A stretch of DNA of 64,000 nucleotides, taken from the IMG/VR virus record IMGVR_UViG_3300032770_000008. One strand, given 5' to 3'. Each line of letters starts with the position of its first letter. Within the stretch, counting starts at the first letter, position 1. The notes under the pieces were generated by a model. The model was not told the DNA's origin, searched no databases, and saw only the letters and a list, made by a program, of their open reading frames with translations. Shown here piece after piece: positions 30,100-41,602 of the stretch. Both the position numbers and the translations under genes were made by a program. The stretch comes from an uncultured virus (IMG/VR IMGVR_UViG_3300032770_000008) (Duplodnaviria; Heunggongvirae; Uroviricota; Caudoviricetes).

Positions 30100-31227
30100 C
30101 TAAATAACACGAGAGACTTTTCCTTCATCGTTGGATTGCTCCAACTCCAGAGCGCGCTGGCCGCGCGCGAGGACGTTGATCGCCGCGTTGTGGTCGCGAT
30201 CGATCATCAGTCCACAGTTTGGGCAGTCGTGAGTCCGATCGGCGAGTGTCTTATCGACGATCTCATCACACCGGCTGCACAACTTCGACGTGTTTCTGGG
30301 ATCGATCGGCACCAGATGCTTCCCAGCTTCTTCCGCTTTGGAAGCGAGGCACCGGAGGAGGAGTCCCCAGGACGCGTCGCAAAACGACTTCGCGAACATT
30401 CCGCGGGCGAGTCCGCGGACGTTCAGTTTCTCGTGGGCAATCAGGTCGAAGCGATCGACGATTTTCTTGGCCTCCTTCCGGGCGTGGTCGAGCCGCTGGT
30501 TGACGATCTTCGCGTGCGACTGCGCGACGAGGATCCGCGCGCGCTCACGATTCCGCGATCCTTTCTTCGCGCGAGCAAGTTGCCGCTGGCGATCGGCGAG
30601 CTCAGCCTCGGCGCGGCGAAGGAAACGATGATTTTCGATCTTCTCGCCGGTCGAGAGCGTCGCGAGCGCTTCGAGGCCGAGATCGATCCCGACGCTGGAC
30701 GTGATCGCGACCTTCGGCGGAGCGGGGCCGAGATCGCATTGGATCGTGACCCACCACTTCCCACAGGCGTCGCGCCGTACGATCGCGTTCTTGATCGTTC
30801 CCGTGATCGGTCGGTGGAGGTTCATCTTCACGTGGCCGAGCTTTGGGATGTGGACGCGATCTTTCTTGACCTTCACGGTGCCGAGGGCGAACGAATCGTA
30901 GCGTCGATGGGAGCGGAATCGCGGAAAGCCGGGCACCTCGCCCGATCGACAGCGCCGAAAGAACGCCTGGAAGGCGAGGTCGACGCGACGGAGAGCGGAT
31001 CGCTGGACTTCGACGGGCACGGCGGCCCAGGCCGGATCGGCACCGCGCAGCTCGGTGAGCTGCGCGGTTTGGTCGAAGCGTGTGATCGACTTCCGCTGCG
31101 ACTTCCAGGCAATGATCCGCTGCTCGAGGGCCGCGTTGCCGAGCGAGCAGCATTGCCGACGCCAGCCGTCGAGAACGCATTCTTGCGAAGTGTTTGGGTG
31201 GAGTCGGAACTTGAAAGAGCGCCGCAC
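30100..31227 (-). mobile_element. tnpB: IS200/IS605-family RNA-guided endonuclease TnpB, no adjacent tnpA (IS1341-like)
   Basis: N-terminal 'SFKFRLHP', RuvC-I 'GIDLG', RuvC-II 'IAHEKL', zinc finger CSRC/CPNC, RuvC-III 'DRDHNAAIN'. Confidence 0.93.
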
Positions 31228-31279
31228 GCGTCTTGGAAGCTAACAAGCGGATCTGACGTTCAGCGTGTAGGCGTGTAGG

Positions 31280-31936
31280 GTGCCGATCCCGGTCCCCGGT
31301 TCCGCGATCCGCACGTCAGTCGTTCGAGTTACCGTGACGGCGTTGGTGACGGCGGATCGCTCACCCCCGCAGACGAGGCGCCCGCGGCGAGTTCGCCGCT
31401 ATCGCTCGAGCACGATCTCGTTCCGGGACATGGAAGACGAGGTCGAGGCCGCGCGCGATCTCGTGCGCGACGAGCTCGAGCTCGATTACGATCGCCCGCG
31501 GATCCGCGCCGATTGCGAGCCGTGTCCGGTGTGCCAGGCGGCGCGCGATGCAAGGCGCGACGTCGATCCGACGACGCGCCTTGCCTGCGGACACGGCGGC
31601 GACGAGATCCTGATGCACAGCCGGCCGTGCGTCTACGTGGGCTGCCGGCACAGCGCGTTCTTGGAGGTGAGCGACGTCGGATCGATCCACCTGCTTCACG
31701 CCGATAACGAGCCGGAGGAGATGCCCGCGGATATGTCGTGTTCGCTCGATGTTTCTCAGTGGGGCGATCGCACGCTCGACCTGGTCGGAAGAGTCAGCGG
31801 GGTTTCGAGAGAGCGTGCCCGCCAACTGGAGGTACTCGCGAAGCGCCACCTCGCCGCGGGGCTTCGCGCGAGTCGGATCCGGGATGCGGATGGGTTCGAT
31901 CATCCTGAGGGCTTTACGGAGCCGCCGAGCGAATGA
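31280..31936 (+). CDS. Phage protein with sigma70 region-4-like HTH
   Basis: Cys-rich N-part plus 'TLDLVGRVSGVSRERARQLE'. Confidence 0.6.
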   Translation: MPIPVPGSAIRTSVVRVTVTALVTADRSPPQTRRPRRVRRYRSSTISFRDMEDEVEAARDLVRDELELDYDRPRIRADCEPCPVCQAARDARRDVDPTTRLACGHGGDEILMHSRPCVYVGCRHSAFLEVSDVGSIHLLHADNEPEEMPADMSCSLDVSQWGDRTLDLVGRVSGVSRERARQLEVLAKRHLAAGLRASRIRDADGFDHPEGFTEPPSE

Positions 31937-32526
31937 GCGACGCGGTTGAGTTCGCCGAGCAGATCGTCGCGCGCTTCAAGGAGCTCGATCTGGAGCTCGC
32001 GCGCGAGCACGCCGACGTCGACAGCGCGTCGATTCTCGCGGAGTGCCACGTCGGGCTGGGGATTCGCATGATCATGGAGTGCGGCTGGTCGGTGGAAGAG
32101 GTTGTCGCGCTCGTGAAGAGTCTCGCGGCCGAGGTCGCCGAGGATCTGCCGGAGAGGAATTGATGAAGAGCTTGCATCTCGGCGGCTCTGATCTTGGTGT
32201 GATTCGCGCCAAGAAGACGCTTGGCACATCGAAGATCTGGCTGACCGAGAAGTCGGACGCGACACCGTGCGCACTTTCTGATCGGGACCCGCGACCACGA
32301 CCCACCATGTCGCGTGGTCCGGGTCGCTCCACGAGAGCGTCACGTAGGTCGGACGCTTGCCCTTGGCAGCGAGGCCGCGGGGATCGCGTAGAGCTTCTCG
32401 CGCCTGGCGCCGGTACGCGCGACCGCGTGATCGATCGCGGTTTGTTCGAAGCGCGCCTCGAGCTCGAGGATCGGTCCGGGCCGATCGATCTCGTACACGG
32501 TCCAGATTTTCGTCCCGGCCATGGGA

Positions 32527-33093
32527 TCAGTGTCCGTAGCCGGCCGCGGTCTCCTGATGCGGCTTGCCGTCCCACCGCCACGCGTGGTGATCGCCGATCT
32601 TGATCTGGTATTCGCCCTTCCGATAGCCCTTCTGCACGCGAACGCGCTTTTCCACACTGGTGTAGTTGCCGGGAATGGGCACGACGCCATCGCTGTATGG
32701 CCCTGGCACTGCGACGCGCTTGGCGACCTTGCGGATTGTCGCCATTTGCCCAGAGACGGCGACGATCTCGTAGTAGTCGATATTCTGTTGGTCGTAGCCC
32801 CACGAGACGTACAAGATGTCTCCCACCTTCGCGGTCGGCGCTGCCTCGAGCTCGCGCTCGGCGCCCTCCTTGCCGTACGAGCGCGTGAGGATCTGCATCG
32901 CCTTGTCGGCCTGTCCCGATTTCATGAGCTCCTTGGCGACGGTCTTGGCCTGCGGCTTGGTCAACCACGTGCCGACGCTCGCGAGCAGCTTCTCGCCCTC
33001 GTCGATTCGCCCCTCGAGAAAGGCGTCCATCGCGACCTTGCGATAGTCATCGGCGAGCGCTGATTTCGAAGAGGGTCGGTATCGATAGCCCAT
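32527..33093 (-). CDS. Conserved phage hypothetical protein
   Basis: 'KVGDILYVSWGYDQQNIDYYEIV' motif frequent in phage early proteins. Confidence 0.55.
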   Translation of the reverse strand: MGYRYRPSSKSALADDYRKVAMDAFLEGRIDEGEKLLASVGTWLTKPQAKTVAKELMKSGQADKAMQILTRSYGKEGAERELEAAPTAKVGDILYVSWGYDQQNIDYYEIVAVSGQMATIRKVAKRVAVPGPYSDGVVPIPGNYTSVEKRVRVQKGYRKGEYQIKIGDHHAWRWDGKPHQETAAGYGH

Positions 33094-34277
33094 GATCAGA
33101 TGTCCTTCCCCGGCATCGGCGTGATCCCGCCGCGCCGCTTCGCCTCGCCCATGATCTGCTGGTACGCGTCGTTCGCGTCGATCCCGCGCCGCCTCGCGAC
33201 CGCGTTGATCTTCCGGTGCATGCGATCGTAGAGCTTCTGCTCGTCGGTGATTCGCATGCTGAGTCCCTTGCCGATGTAGAGCTGCGCGGCGCGCACCGCG
33301 TCCTCGATATCCTTCGCCGGGCCGCGCTTGGTGGCGGGCTTGCTCTTGGTCTTGTCCGGCACGATCAGCGAGGCGCGCCGCACGCAGTGGATCTGGCCGT
33401 TGGTTAGCCGGATATTGACGTAGTCGGTGCCGTAGTCCTCGAACACGACGGCGAGCTCGGGGGCGGCGAGCTTGCCGCGCTCGGTCTCGGTGACGAGCAC
33501 CTGCTGGCCCTTGGTGAGGCGCGTAGACGACATCGTGATCAGCGGCTTTCGTACCGCGCGCGGTACCCGGCCGCGTAGCCCTTGTCCCACGGTGTCGCGT
33601 CGCGCTTGCGCGCACTGGCCTCGAGTGATCGGAGCCCGTGGACCTCGGCGAACACGCGGCCGTACTTCGCGATGTTCTCGTCGGCGGCCGCGAATCCGTG
33701 GTCGAAGCCCTTGAAGTACTCGGGGGCGCGCTTCTTCGATGCGCTCACGGCTACTTGCCCTTTCGGCCGTCGCCGCTCGCGATCGCGAGCAGCGCGAAGC
33801 CACCGATCGCTGCCAAGCTGATCGCCGCGCCGGCCATCGGCAGGTGCTTCTGGTGGCGCTCGATTAGGACGTCGCCGAATCCGCCGACCAGGAACGCGCC
33901 GAGTCCCGCGCCGGCGATTCGGTGCTCCTTCGACAGCGCGGCGCCGAGCGCGCCGCCGCCGATCCAGGCGGCGAGGGAGAGGGGGGCAATCTTGGTCATC
34001 AGACGATTCTCCCGCGCAGGTGCCACAGCTTCTCCGCGAGCGTATCGCCGGCGAGCGGGAACGGTGCGTGGTTCCCCTCTTCATCGCCGGCGACATCTTC
34101 GAGCCAGCTCCACGCCTCGCTCTCGGTCAGCCCGACCTCGCCCGTCTTTGGATCGAGGTGATTGTAGATCCGGTTCGGCCAGCCGTAGCGGCCGCGCGCG
34201 AAGATCACCGCGTCGATCTCGCCCGGGGTGAGCTTGATCGTGTACGCGATGCGGCGTGGGCGGGGTTTGGCCATCGA

Positions 34278-34589
34278 TCAGCGCGCTCCCCAGCTGTGTT
34301 GGTACGATTCGAGCCGCTGCTTGAGCTCCTTGGCGAGCATCCGATCGTACGAGGTCAATGCACCCTCGCGCATGTCCTTCGCGAGCCGCGCGGCCGCCGC
34401 CTGCGGCGTGGGTCCGTCGGCCGATTGGAGTACGCCGATGCCGAGGCTGATCAAACGCGCGATGAAGCCTCCGCGCGACGGATCGATCGCGACGGTGACG
34501 CGGTACTGCCCGCGGCCGAGATCGAACGAGGCGATGATCGTGCGGGAGATGTCGCGCGCGAGCTGTGCGTCGGTCTTCGTCACGATCAC
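34278..34589 (-). CDS. Hypothetical protein with KTxxQLxR(E/D)I motif
   Basis: N-terminal 'TKTDAQLARDI'. Confidence 0.5.
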   Translation of the reverse strand: MIVTKTDAQLARDISRTIIASFDLGRGQYRVTVAIDPSRGGFIARLISLGIGVLQSADGPTPQAAAARLAKDMREGALTSYDRMLAKELKQRLESYQHSWGAR

Positions 34590-35895
34590 ACCTTCCGTCG
34601 GAATCGGCTGAGGTGCCCGGCGTCCGCGGTGAACTTGCTCACCTGGTTCGACAGCGGGTCGATGCGGAGCTTGCCGTTCTTGTAGATCTTATCGACGAGG
34701 ATCGAGTGCGGATAGCGATCGAGCGGCGCCTGGTACCACAGCCGATCACCGCGCTCGGCGGCGGCGAGGACGTCGGCCCACGTGATGAACGATTCGAACA
34801 TCAGATCACCTCCAGGTCGCTCACGCGCCACGGCCTGATCTTGCCGCTCTTGTCGAGCTTCACGCGCACGATGAGCGCGCCCTTCTGCGGATCGTCTCCG
34901 GGCGCCTTGTGCCGCAGCCGCATGCGCGTGAGCGACACGATCGTGCCGTAGCGATCGCCCTGCATCCACGTGTCGCTCCACACGGGGATCTGCACGCGCT
35001 TGCCGATCAGGTAGTCGTCGCGACTCATAGTGATCCCGGCGGTCGCCCGCGCAAGATGTTCTCGAGCTCGAGGGCCTTCTGCCCCTTGGCGCTGATCGCG
35101 ACGTAGCCCGGGTGGCGATGCCCGCGCGTGTTGCATTTCGCCTTGCGGACCTCGCGGAGCCAGCCCTCGCGCGCGAAGATCTTGCGAGGGCCGGCTGGCA
35201 CGTCGTGCCACCAGGTTTCGGGGTGCCACGCGAGATCGCGCAGCGCGAGCAGCTGCGCGTCCGTCATCGTCGTTTTCAAGCGCTTCTTGTCGGTGAGGCC
35301 CGTCATCAGTCCACCTCTTCGATGAATTTGCCGCGGTAGTAGGCGGTACCGCCGATCTTGATCGCGGCGTTCATCGCGTCCGTCTCGTTCGTGTAGCGGC
35401 CGTAGAGCTGACCGGCAGCATCTTTCACCGTGTAAGGACGGGCCGCGTGGTGCGCGCGGTTGCGCTCGCTCGTGATTCTCGTTTGAACTTCGTGCTTGAG
35501 CTCGCGGATGCCGGCGACGAAGATCTTTTTCTCGAGATCGGCGATCGCCTCTTTGCGCGTGGCGCCGTAGCCGACGACGTCGCCGCGACGATCGGCGTAC
35601 GCGGTGAAGCGTGCGTTGCCGGAGGTCTTGTGATCGATCGTCGAGATCTTCATGGCTAGTGTTTGGCGTACGCTTGAGGCGCGTCAGCAAGGTCCGTTGC
35701 TGTTGTCGATCGCTTGCGAGATCTCCGCGAGGGAAGATCGCGAGACGGCTGCGCACTTCGTGTCGCGCGGCGTTGCCGTCCACCAACCCTTGGAGGTCTT
35801 CCGAATGCGCCATACCGTTCCACGGCCATAGCCGACGTATTCGCCACGATGGAAACCGGACGGTTCGAGGTTGTGATGGTAGCGAGCCACGTCTT

Positions 35896-36390
35896 CTATC
35901 CTACGCGTCGGACTCGCGATCCGCGATGTTTCCTCCGGGCGACGATCTGGTCGATCTCCCGCTGGATCTGCCGCGCCGTACGCGGCCGCGCCGCCCCTGC
36001 GTCGGGCCTGGGGATCACCGCGACGGGTCCCGTCGGCGATCGCAGGAACGCGCGATACGCGCGCTCGACGTCGGAGAGGTTCGATGTGCGCTGGCCGCGG
36101 AAGACGCGCTCGCGCGCCGACGCGATGTCGTGGGCGTGGTCGTAGTCCATGCCGTGGCGAAGCATGAGGTGGCGCTCGACCATCTCGTGGAGGATCGTCG
36201 CGGCGCGATCGCGGGGGCCGAGCACGCTGTCGATCCAGATCTCGCGTGCGGGAACGTAGGACGGATAGATCGCTTCGTTCCCGCCCTGCGTGAAGTCGAT
36301 ATCGAGCGTGTTGCGAATGCAGTTGCCAGAGACCGCGTAGATCGTGAGGCCGCTGATCGTGCCGAGGCGGCGGATGTACGGCGATTTCAC
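35896..36390 (-). CDS. Putative zincin-like metal-binding protein
   Basis: 'ILHEMVERHLM...YDHAH'. Confidence 0.45.
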   Translation of the reverse strand: MKSPYIRRLGTISGLTIYAVSGNCIRNTLDIDFTQGGNEAIYPSYVPAREIWIDSVLGPRDRAATILHEMVERHLMLRHGMDYDHAHDIASARERVFRGQRTSNLSDVERAYRAFLRSPTGPVAVIPRPDAGAARPRTARQIQREIDQIVARRKHRGSRVRRVG

Positions 36391-36710
36391 GACCCGGGAT
36401 GCTCCGCGAGCCACGCCGCGATCTCACGATCGAGCTGGGTCGCCGTCTTCGGCGTCGTCCGCCGGCCGACCGCGTAGATCGACACCGGTCCGCGCGCGCC
36501 GGTCTCGCGCGGCGCGTTCGGCTCGAGCAGATCGCCCTCGTGCTCGGAGATGTACGCGAGCGCGGCCGGCAGGCTGCCGGTGTTCGCGATGATCCGCGCC
36601 TTCTTCTGACGCCGACCCTTGAAGAAGACGGCGTGCACGCCGGCGCCGTGGTGCTCGACGTGGTACGTGCCGACCGGGGAGGTGAGCGTGACGAGAGCTT
36701 CGCGGGCCAT
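36387..36710 (-). CDS. Hypothetical protein with KTxxQLxREI motif
   Basis: C-terminal 'TPKTATQLDREIAAWL'. Confidence 0.5.
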   Translation of the reverse strand: MAREALVTLTSPVGTYHVEHHGAGVHAVFFKGRRQKKARIIANTGSLPAALAYISEHEGDLLEPNAPRETGARGPVSIYAVGRRTTPKTATQLDREIAAWLAEHPGS

Positions 36711-38053
36711 GATCGATCAGCTTCCCAACCGGACGGTTTGCCCCGCGCCCGAAATCTGGAAATCTTCGCCGCGTCGTGCCCGCAGTTTCGCGGCCTCGCG
36801 CTGGATCGCCTTGCGCATGGTGTCGGGCATCGGAGCGCCGGTCCACTCGAGCTCGAGTGTGCGGTACGGCAGGAACGCGAGCTTCAAATAGTCGCCGTGG
36901 AGCTCGCGGCTACGATCGGCGAAGGAGAGGCCCGTCGAGTAGACGCCGATGAAGAGGCGATCGTCGGTCGATTTCTTCGCCATGGGGATAATTTGAGCCT
37001 ACCGCGCCAGGGCGTGATCACGCCAGAACGCCTCGGACGCCGCGAGATCCTTGCAACCCGGATCGCCCGGTTCCTGGGGCGCCGCCGGGCCGCCGAACGC
37101 TGTGTACAAGATGCACGGCCAGTCGACGATTCCGTCCGAATGTGGCCCGCCGATCACCGTCACCTCGTGCTGCTGGCGCGGCGGCAGATCGACGAGGCGC
37201 GACGTCCACGCGCGAACTCCGCGCGGCTCGTACGTGACCTCGTCCTCCTGGATCGGCGGGTCGCCCATCACGGGGCCGTAGAGTCCGCACGGCACGGTAC
37301 CGAGCTCGGGCGGGAGCGTGAACGTCTCGATGAAGAAGCTCTGGCGATCGCCGAAGCGCTTCATGATGTGATCGATCTGCGCGGCGGTGAGGGCGTGGTC
37401 GAGGTGACTGTCGGGGTGCTGGATCATGGTGTCGTGTCCTTTCGATCACCCTGACGGTTAGAGCCCCGCGGATCTGACAGCCGCGCGGAGCTTTTCGCGC
37501 GAAATTCGGCGCGCTCGCTCGCGCCGAAGTTGAGGTATTCCTCGCAGAGCTGCCGGCAGCCGGCGCGCTTGCAGAGCATGTACGCGGGGACCTCGCCGAT
37601 CGGCATCAACGTGTCCTCGTTGAGCACGATGACGCTACGGTTGCGCCAGGTCTGCTGCTTGGATCGGCACGCGGCGACGCCGCCGTCGATCATCACGTGG
37701 TACCGCGTGGCACGACCGTGCGTGGATGTCCAGACCTCGCGGAAGCCGACGAGGAAGTCATCGGGCGAGATCTCGGCGAAGGGTCGATCGTAGCGCACGT
37801 GTTCAGCGCCGCTCGCCGGGTGGGAGCTCGATGCCGAGGGCCTCGACGAGGTCGTCCTTCGCGCCCTCGATGCGCTCCTGCATGCGCCGGTGCATCGCGA
37901 CGACCCGCGTCGCGTCGTCCGCGCCCATCACGCGCTCCTGGAGGATCAGGTCGATCAGGCGGTTCAGGAGGTCGGCGTCCACGACGGCGTATCCGCCGGG
38001 CGCCGCGATCGAGAACCCGTGACCTACGATCCGTCCGTGCTCGTGTCGGAAAC

Positions 38054-38752
38054 TCATGGGACCTCTCCGGTGGCGTACAAGATCACGCTGCCCGTCGCGC
38101 CGGCGGCGCCGACGGTCTCTGGCTTTTGGATCACGCACGTGGTCGACGTGAGATAAGCCGGATGATCTTCGGCGGCGATCGTCGATCCGATCACGAACGT
38201 CCCGCCGGGCGGCTCGTCGGGCGCCGCGACGGACAAGACGAAGTTGCCGCCCGCGGGGATCGTCGCCGCGATCGCGACGGTCTGGATGCCGGAGCTCGCC
38301 GGCGCGGCCTGGACGGACGCCAGCGTCGTCACCTGGGAGAGATCGATCGTGCTGCCGCCGATCGCACCGGCGTACGATCCGACCGCGACCGCGACGGGCG
38401 AGCTCGCGCTCGAGCCCTGGACGCCGAACGAGACGCTCGTGATGCGCAGGGTCTCCGTGATCCCGTAATCGGAGAGCGCGATCGCGCGGTACCACGTCAT
38501 CCCGTATTCCTGTCCCGATTCGCCGTCGCAGGGGAAGTTCTGGCCCGGCGCGACGACGTCGTCGGCCGTCTGCTGGAGCGTCCGGATCTGCTCGATGATC
38601 GCGTCACCTGATGGAGCGTCCGCGGCGGCGCCGTCCGCCGGCAGATCCGCGTCGGATGCGGCGCCAGCGTCGGGAGCCGCTGGATCGGGCGGCGCGCTCT
38701 TCGAGAACGAGCACCCGAGTAGCGCGATCGCGGCGATTGCGGTCCCTCTCAC
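38054..38752 (-). CDS. Lipoprotein with beta-rich domain
   Basis: Signal peptide and lipobox 'AIAAIALLGC', then a D/A/P-rich linker. Confidence 0.6.
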   Translation of the reverse strand: MRGTAIAAIALLGCSFSKSAPPDPAAPDAGAASDADLPADGAAADAPSGDAIIEQIRTLQQTADDVVAPGQNFPCDGESGQEYGMTWYRAIALSDYGITETLRITSVSFGVQGSSASSPVAVAVGSYAGAIGGSTIDLSQVTTLASVQAAPASSGIQTVAIAATIPAGGNFVLSVAAPDEPPGGTFVIGSTIAAEDHPAYLTSTTCVIQKPETVGAAGATGSVILYATGEVP

Positions 38753-39890
38753 GGGGACACCCGACCGGCGAGGGCGTCGATCGCGCGCCGGGTTCGCGTG
38801 GTCTCTAGCTGATAGATCGCGCCGATCGCGACGATCGCGGCGGCGTAGCCGGCCTCGAATGCGGCGATGAGATCGGCGCGCGTCGCGTAGCTCGGCGCGA
38901 TCGAGGCTAGCATCCGATCGGCGGCTGCCTCGGCCCGCGCGCGGCGTAGCGCGATCGCGGCGGCGATCTGATCGTCGAGATCGAGCGGGGGCGGGTTCAC
39001 GGACCTCTCCTTCCCTCACCTACGCCGCGTGCATCGACGCGGATCTGCGCACCGCAGACGCACGTCCACTCGGTGATCAGCGACGGATGCTCGACGGGTC
39101 CGTCCTTGTCGCAGGCGGGGCAGCTCAGCGCCAGGTACCACCGCCCGATCTCGCCCACATGCCCCGGTGCTCGCACTTCGGTCACAGCGCGCTCCCCGCC
39201 GAGCTCCCCATCTGCGGCAGGCACTCGATCTTCGATCCATCTTCCTGCGGGCATTCGCACGCGCCGTGGAAGTAGCAGAGCAGGACAGGGTGCGTGCTCG
39301 CCGGGCAGCCGACGTCGGCGCACGGCGGTGGCGTGTTGTCGCCCGTGCAGCCGGTGATCGCGGCAATCGCGAACAAGATCGCGCGCAGAAAGAGCGGGAA
39401 CTGGAGGGCGCGGGACAGGTCGTCGGTCTCGATCATCGGATCTCCTTGAGGACAGTCGCGCGGAGCACGACGAACTCGCGTCCGTGGCGCCACGCGTTTC
39501 GAATGAGCGCGAACCAGGCGACGGTTTGATCATCGTCGCTCATCTAGTCGCGCTCCTCGTCGCGCTCGCGCGCGCGGTAGCCGGCGATGTAGCCGGTGCG
39601 GAAGGCTTGATATGCGGCGGAGCTCGTGCTCGCCATTTGCGCGAAGGCTTCCTCGGCGCGCAGCTCGAGCATGTGATCGGTCACGAAGGCGACGTCCCTG
39701 CGGAGCTCGGCGCGGCTCTTGGGAGGCGGCGCGAGGTGCATCGCTGCCATCGCCTCTGGCAGGGGCTCGGCGCGCGCGAACATGTGCGGGCCGTCGTGAC
39801 CGTCGGGCAGCGCGCAGCGCGCGCCGGGCGCCGGCAAGTGCGGATCGTCGCTAATCGGCAGCGCGTAGCGGACCTGGCACCACTTCGTCA

Positions 39891-40295
39891 TCACGACTCC
39901 CCCGCGGTGATGGCATCGGCGCGCTCCGGTGCACGGCCGATCGCCGCCGCGATCCGCTCGATGACCGCGGCGACCACGCGGTGATGACCTGCGATCGCGG
40001 CTAGGCGCGAGGTGTACCGGCCGGCGATGTCGACGTCGTGCGCGCGGGGCGGATCTTGATCGCTCGCCGATGTGAAGACGGCGGTCTCCCACAGGACGGG
40101 TGCCGCGTCGGTGCCGCCGTGCCAGATGCCGAGGAAGACGGTTGAGATGCGTGTGTGGATCGCGCCGCGATCGGAGAGCGTCGTGACGGCGACGGTGCGC
40201 TCTTGATCGGCCTTCGCGTACCAGTCGGCCCACGCGAGAGCGTCGTCGCAGGCGACGGCGTTGCTGCGGGCGTCGAGGCGATAGAGGTGCTTCAT
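39891..40295 (-). CDS. Hypothetical phage protein, paralogue of 41884..42279
   Basis: Shared 'W..W....RxVAVT...STVFLGI...P.LWETA.FT...IAGRYT.R.AA.AGH'. Confidence 0.65.
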   Translation of the reverse strand: MKHLYRLDARSNAVACDDALAWADWYAKADQERTVAVTTLSDRGAIHTRISTVFLGIWHGGTDAAPVLWETAVFTSASDQDPPRAHDVDIAGRYTSRLAAIAGHHRVVAAVIERIAAAIGRAPERADAITAGES

Positions 40296-40744
40296 AGCGA
40301 GATCCGCCGGAACGAGGCCGTCTCGCTGTAATAACCGTTGCTCGATCCGTACCAGCGGATCGTGACGTAGCCCTTGGCGGTCGCGAGTCGGTAGAACGTC
40401 CAGGTGAAGGAATCGGCGTACTCGTCTTTGGGAGAATCGGAGTTCGTGCTCTCCTCCGCCAGCGCGATCGGCGCGCCGACCAGATCTTCTAGATCGCCGA
40501 TGACATCCTCGATGGTGCACACCGCGCAGCAGTCTGGCTCGTAGTACATCTGCCAGCGCTCGCCCGTGACGGCCTCGAAGTCGATCGTCTCGTCGCCGTT
40601 TCGCGTGACCGACTTCATCGTTTTGCCGAGCAGCTCTTCTAGACCCGACAGCGGGGCGATCTGCGCGCGGAGTGCGGCGGCTTCGGCGGTTCGTCCCTCC
40701 AGTTCCGCATCTGCGGCGACTGCCTTGATGTCTTCGCGGTTCAT
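40292..40744 (-). CDS. Conserved phage hypothetical protein
   Basis: 'DCC....EDVIGDL.DL.G.PI..AEE...TWTFYRLAT.KG.V.IRW.G.SNGYYSE'. Confidence 0.65.
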   Translation of the reverse strand: MNREDIKAVAADAELEGRTAEAAALRAQIAPLSGLEELLGKTMKSVTRNGDETIDFEAVTGERWQMYYEPDCCAVCTIEDVIGDLEDLVGAPIALAEESTNSDSPKDEYADSFTWTFYRLATAKGYVTIRWYGSSNGYYSETASFRRISL

Positions 40745-41527
40745 GGTGACGGCGCCTCCTTGACGCCCACGATCTTCGCGTACTGGATCGCGGCGCGCGC
40801 GGTCGGCAGCCACGCCAGGAGCGGCTCGGGCATGCCGACCGACAGCACGTTCAAGACCCACTCGATTTCCGCGGCACGGCAGCGCGCGTGCCAATGGGCC
40901 GCCGGATCGCCGGTCCACATCCCGCTCCGCTCGGCCGTCTGCCAGAGCGCGACGATCTCGGCGGGCGTCTTGCCGCGGCACGCCTCGAAGCCCTCGATCG
41001 AGCCGCGCAGCATCTCGGCGACGTAGTCGCCGGCGCGCTGGCCGTAGTCGGCGCGCGCGGCCTCGATGCCGGTCTCGATGATCGCGTTCAGGAGGTCTTG
41101 ATAGGTCATCGACATTCGGCGCTCCTGACGTGCAGCGTGGTCCCCACGATCCGATCGACGCGGACGTCGTACGCCACGCGGCCGTCGATCCAGTGCAGCG
41201 TTACGACGTCGCCTACGCACGGTGCGCGATCGGCGGGGAAGCGCTCGAAGCCGAACAGTTCTGGCGCGTCGTTCGGGAAGTGTTCGATCACCTTGTACTC
41301 GATCAGGATCATCGGATGCCCGCTCCCCGCGTCGCCGCTGGATCGAGCTCGATGTACGCCGAGCAGGTGACGTGGATACCGCGCGTGCGTGGATCGCCGG
41401 CAGTCGCGTTGCCCACGCAGGCGGTCGCGAAGCCGCGCCCGCGGCGGTGGCAGGCGGTGCCGATCGCGAGGCGCGCGCCGATGGTGAGGGGGATGGCTGG
41501 CTTCATTTGGCGTGTCTTGTCCTTTCG

Positions 41528-41601
41528 TGAACCGAGAGGGATTCGAACCCCCGACCTGACGCTTATAAGGCGTCCGCTCTTACCAACTGAGCTATCGGTT
41601 C
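41528..41601 (-). tRNA. tRNA-Ile, anticodon UAU
   Basis: Cloverleaf GAACCGA-TA-GCTC agttggtaa GAGC-G-GACGC cttataa GCGTC-aggtc-GGGGG ttcgaat CCCTC-TCGGTTC-A; CCA not encoded. Confidence 0.9.
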
Positions 41602-41602
41602 T

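Noticed and set aside
41528..41601. tRNA as a prophage attachment site
   Set aside because: No duplicated tRNA 3' end seen, the integrase is 8 kb away, and phage-like genes flank both sides
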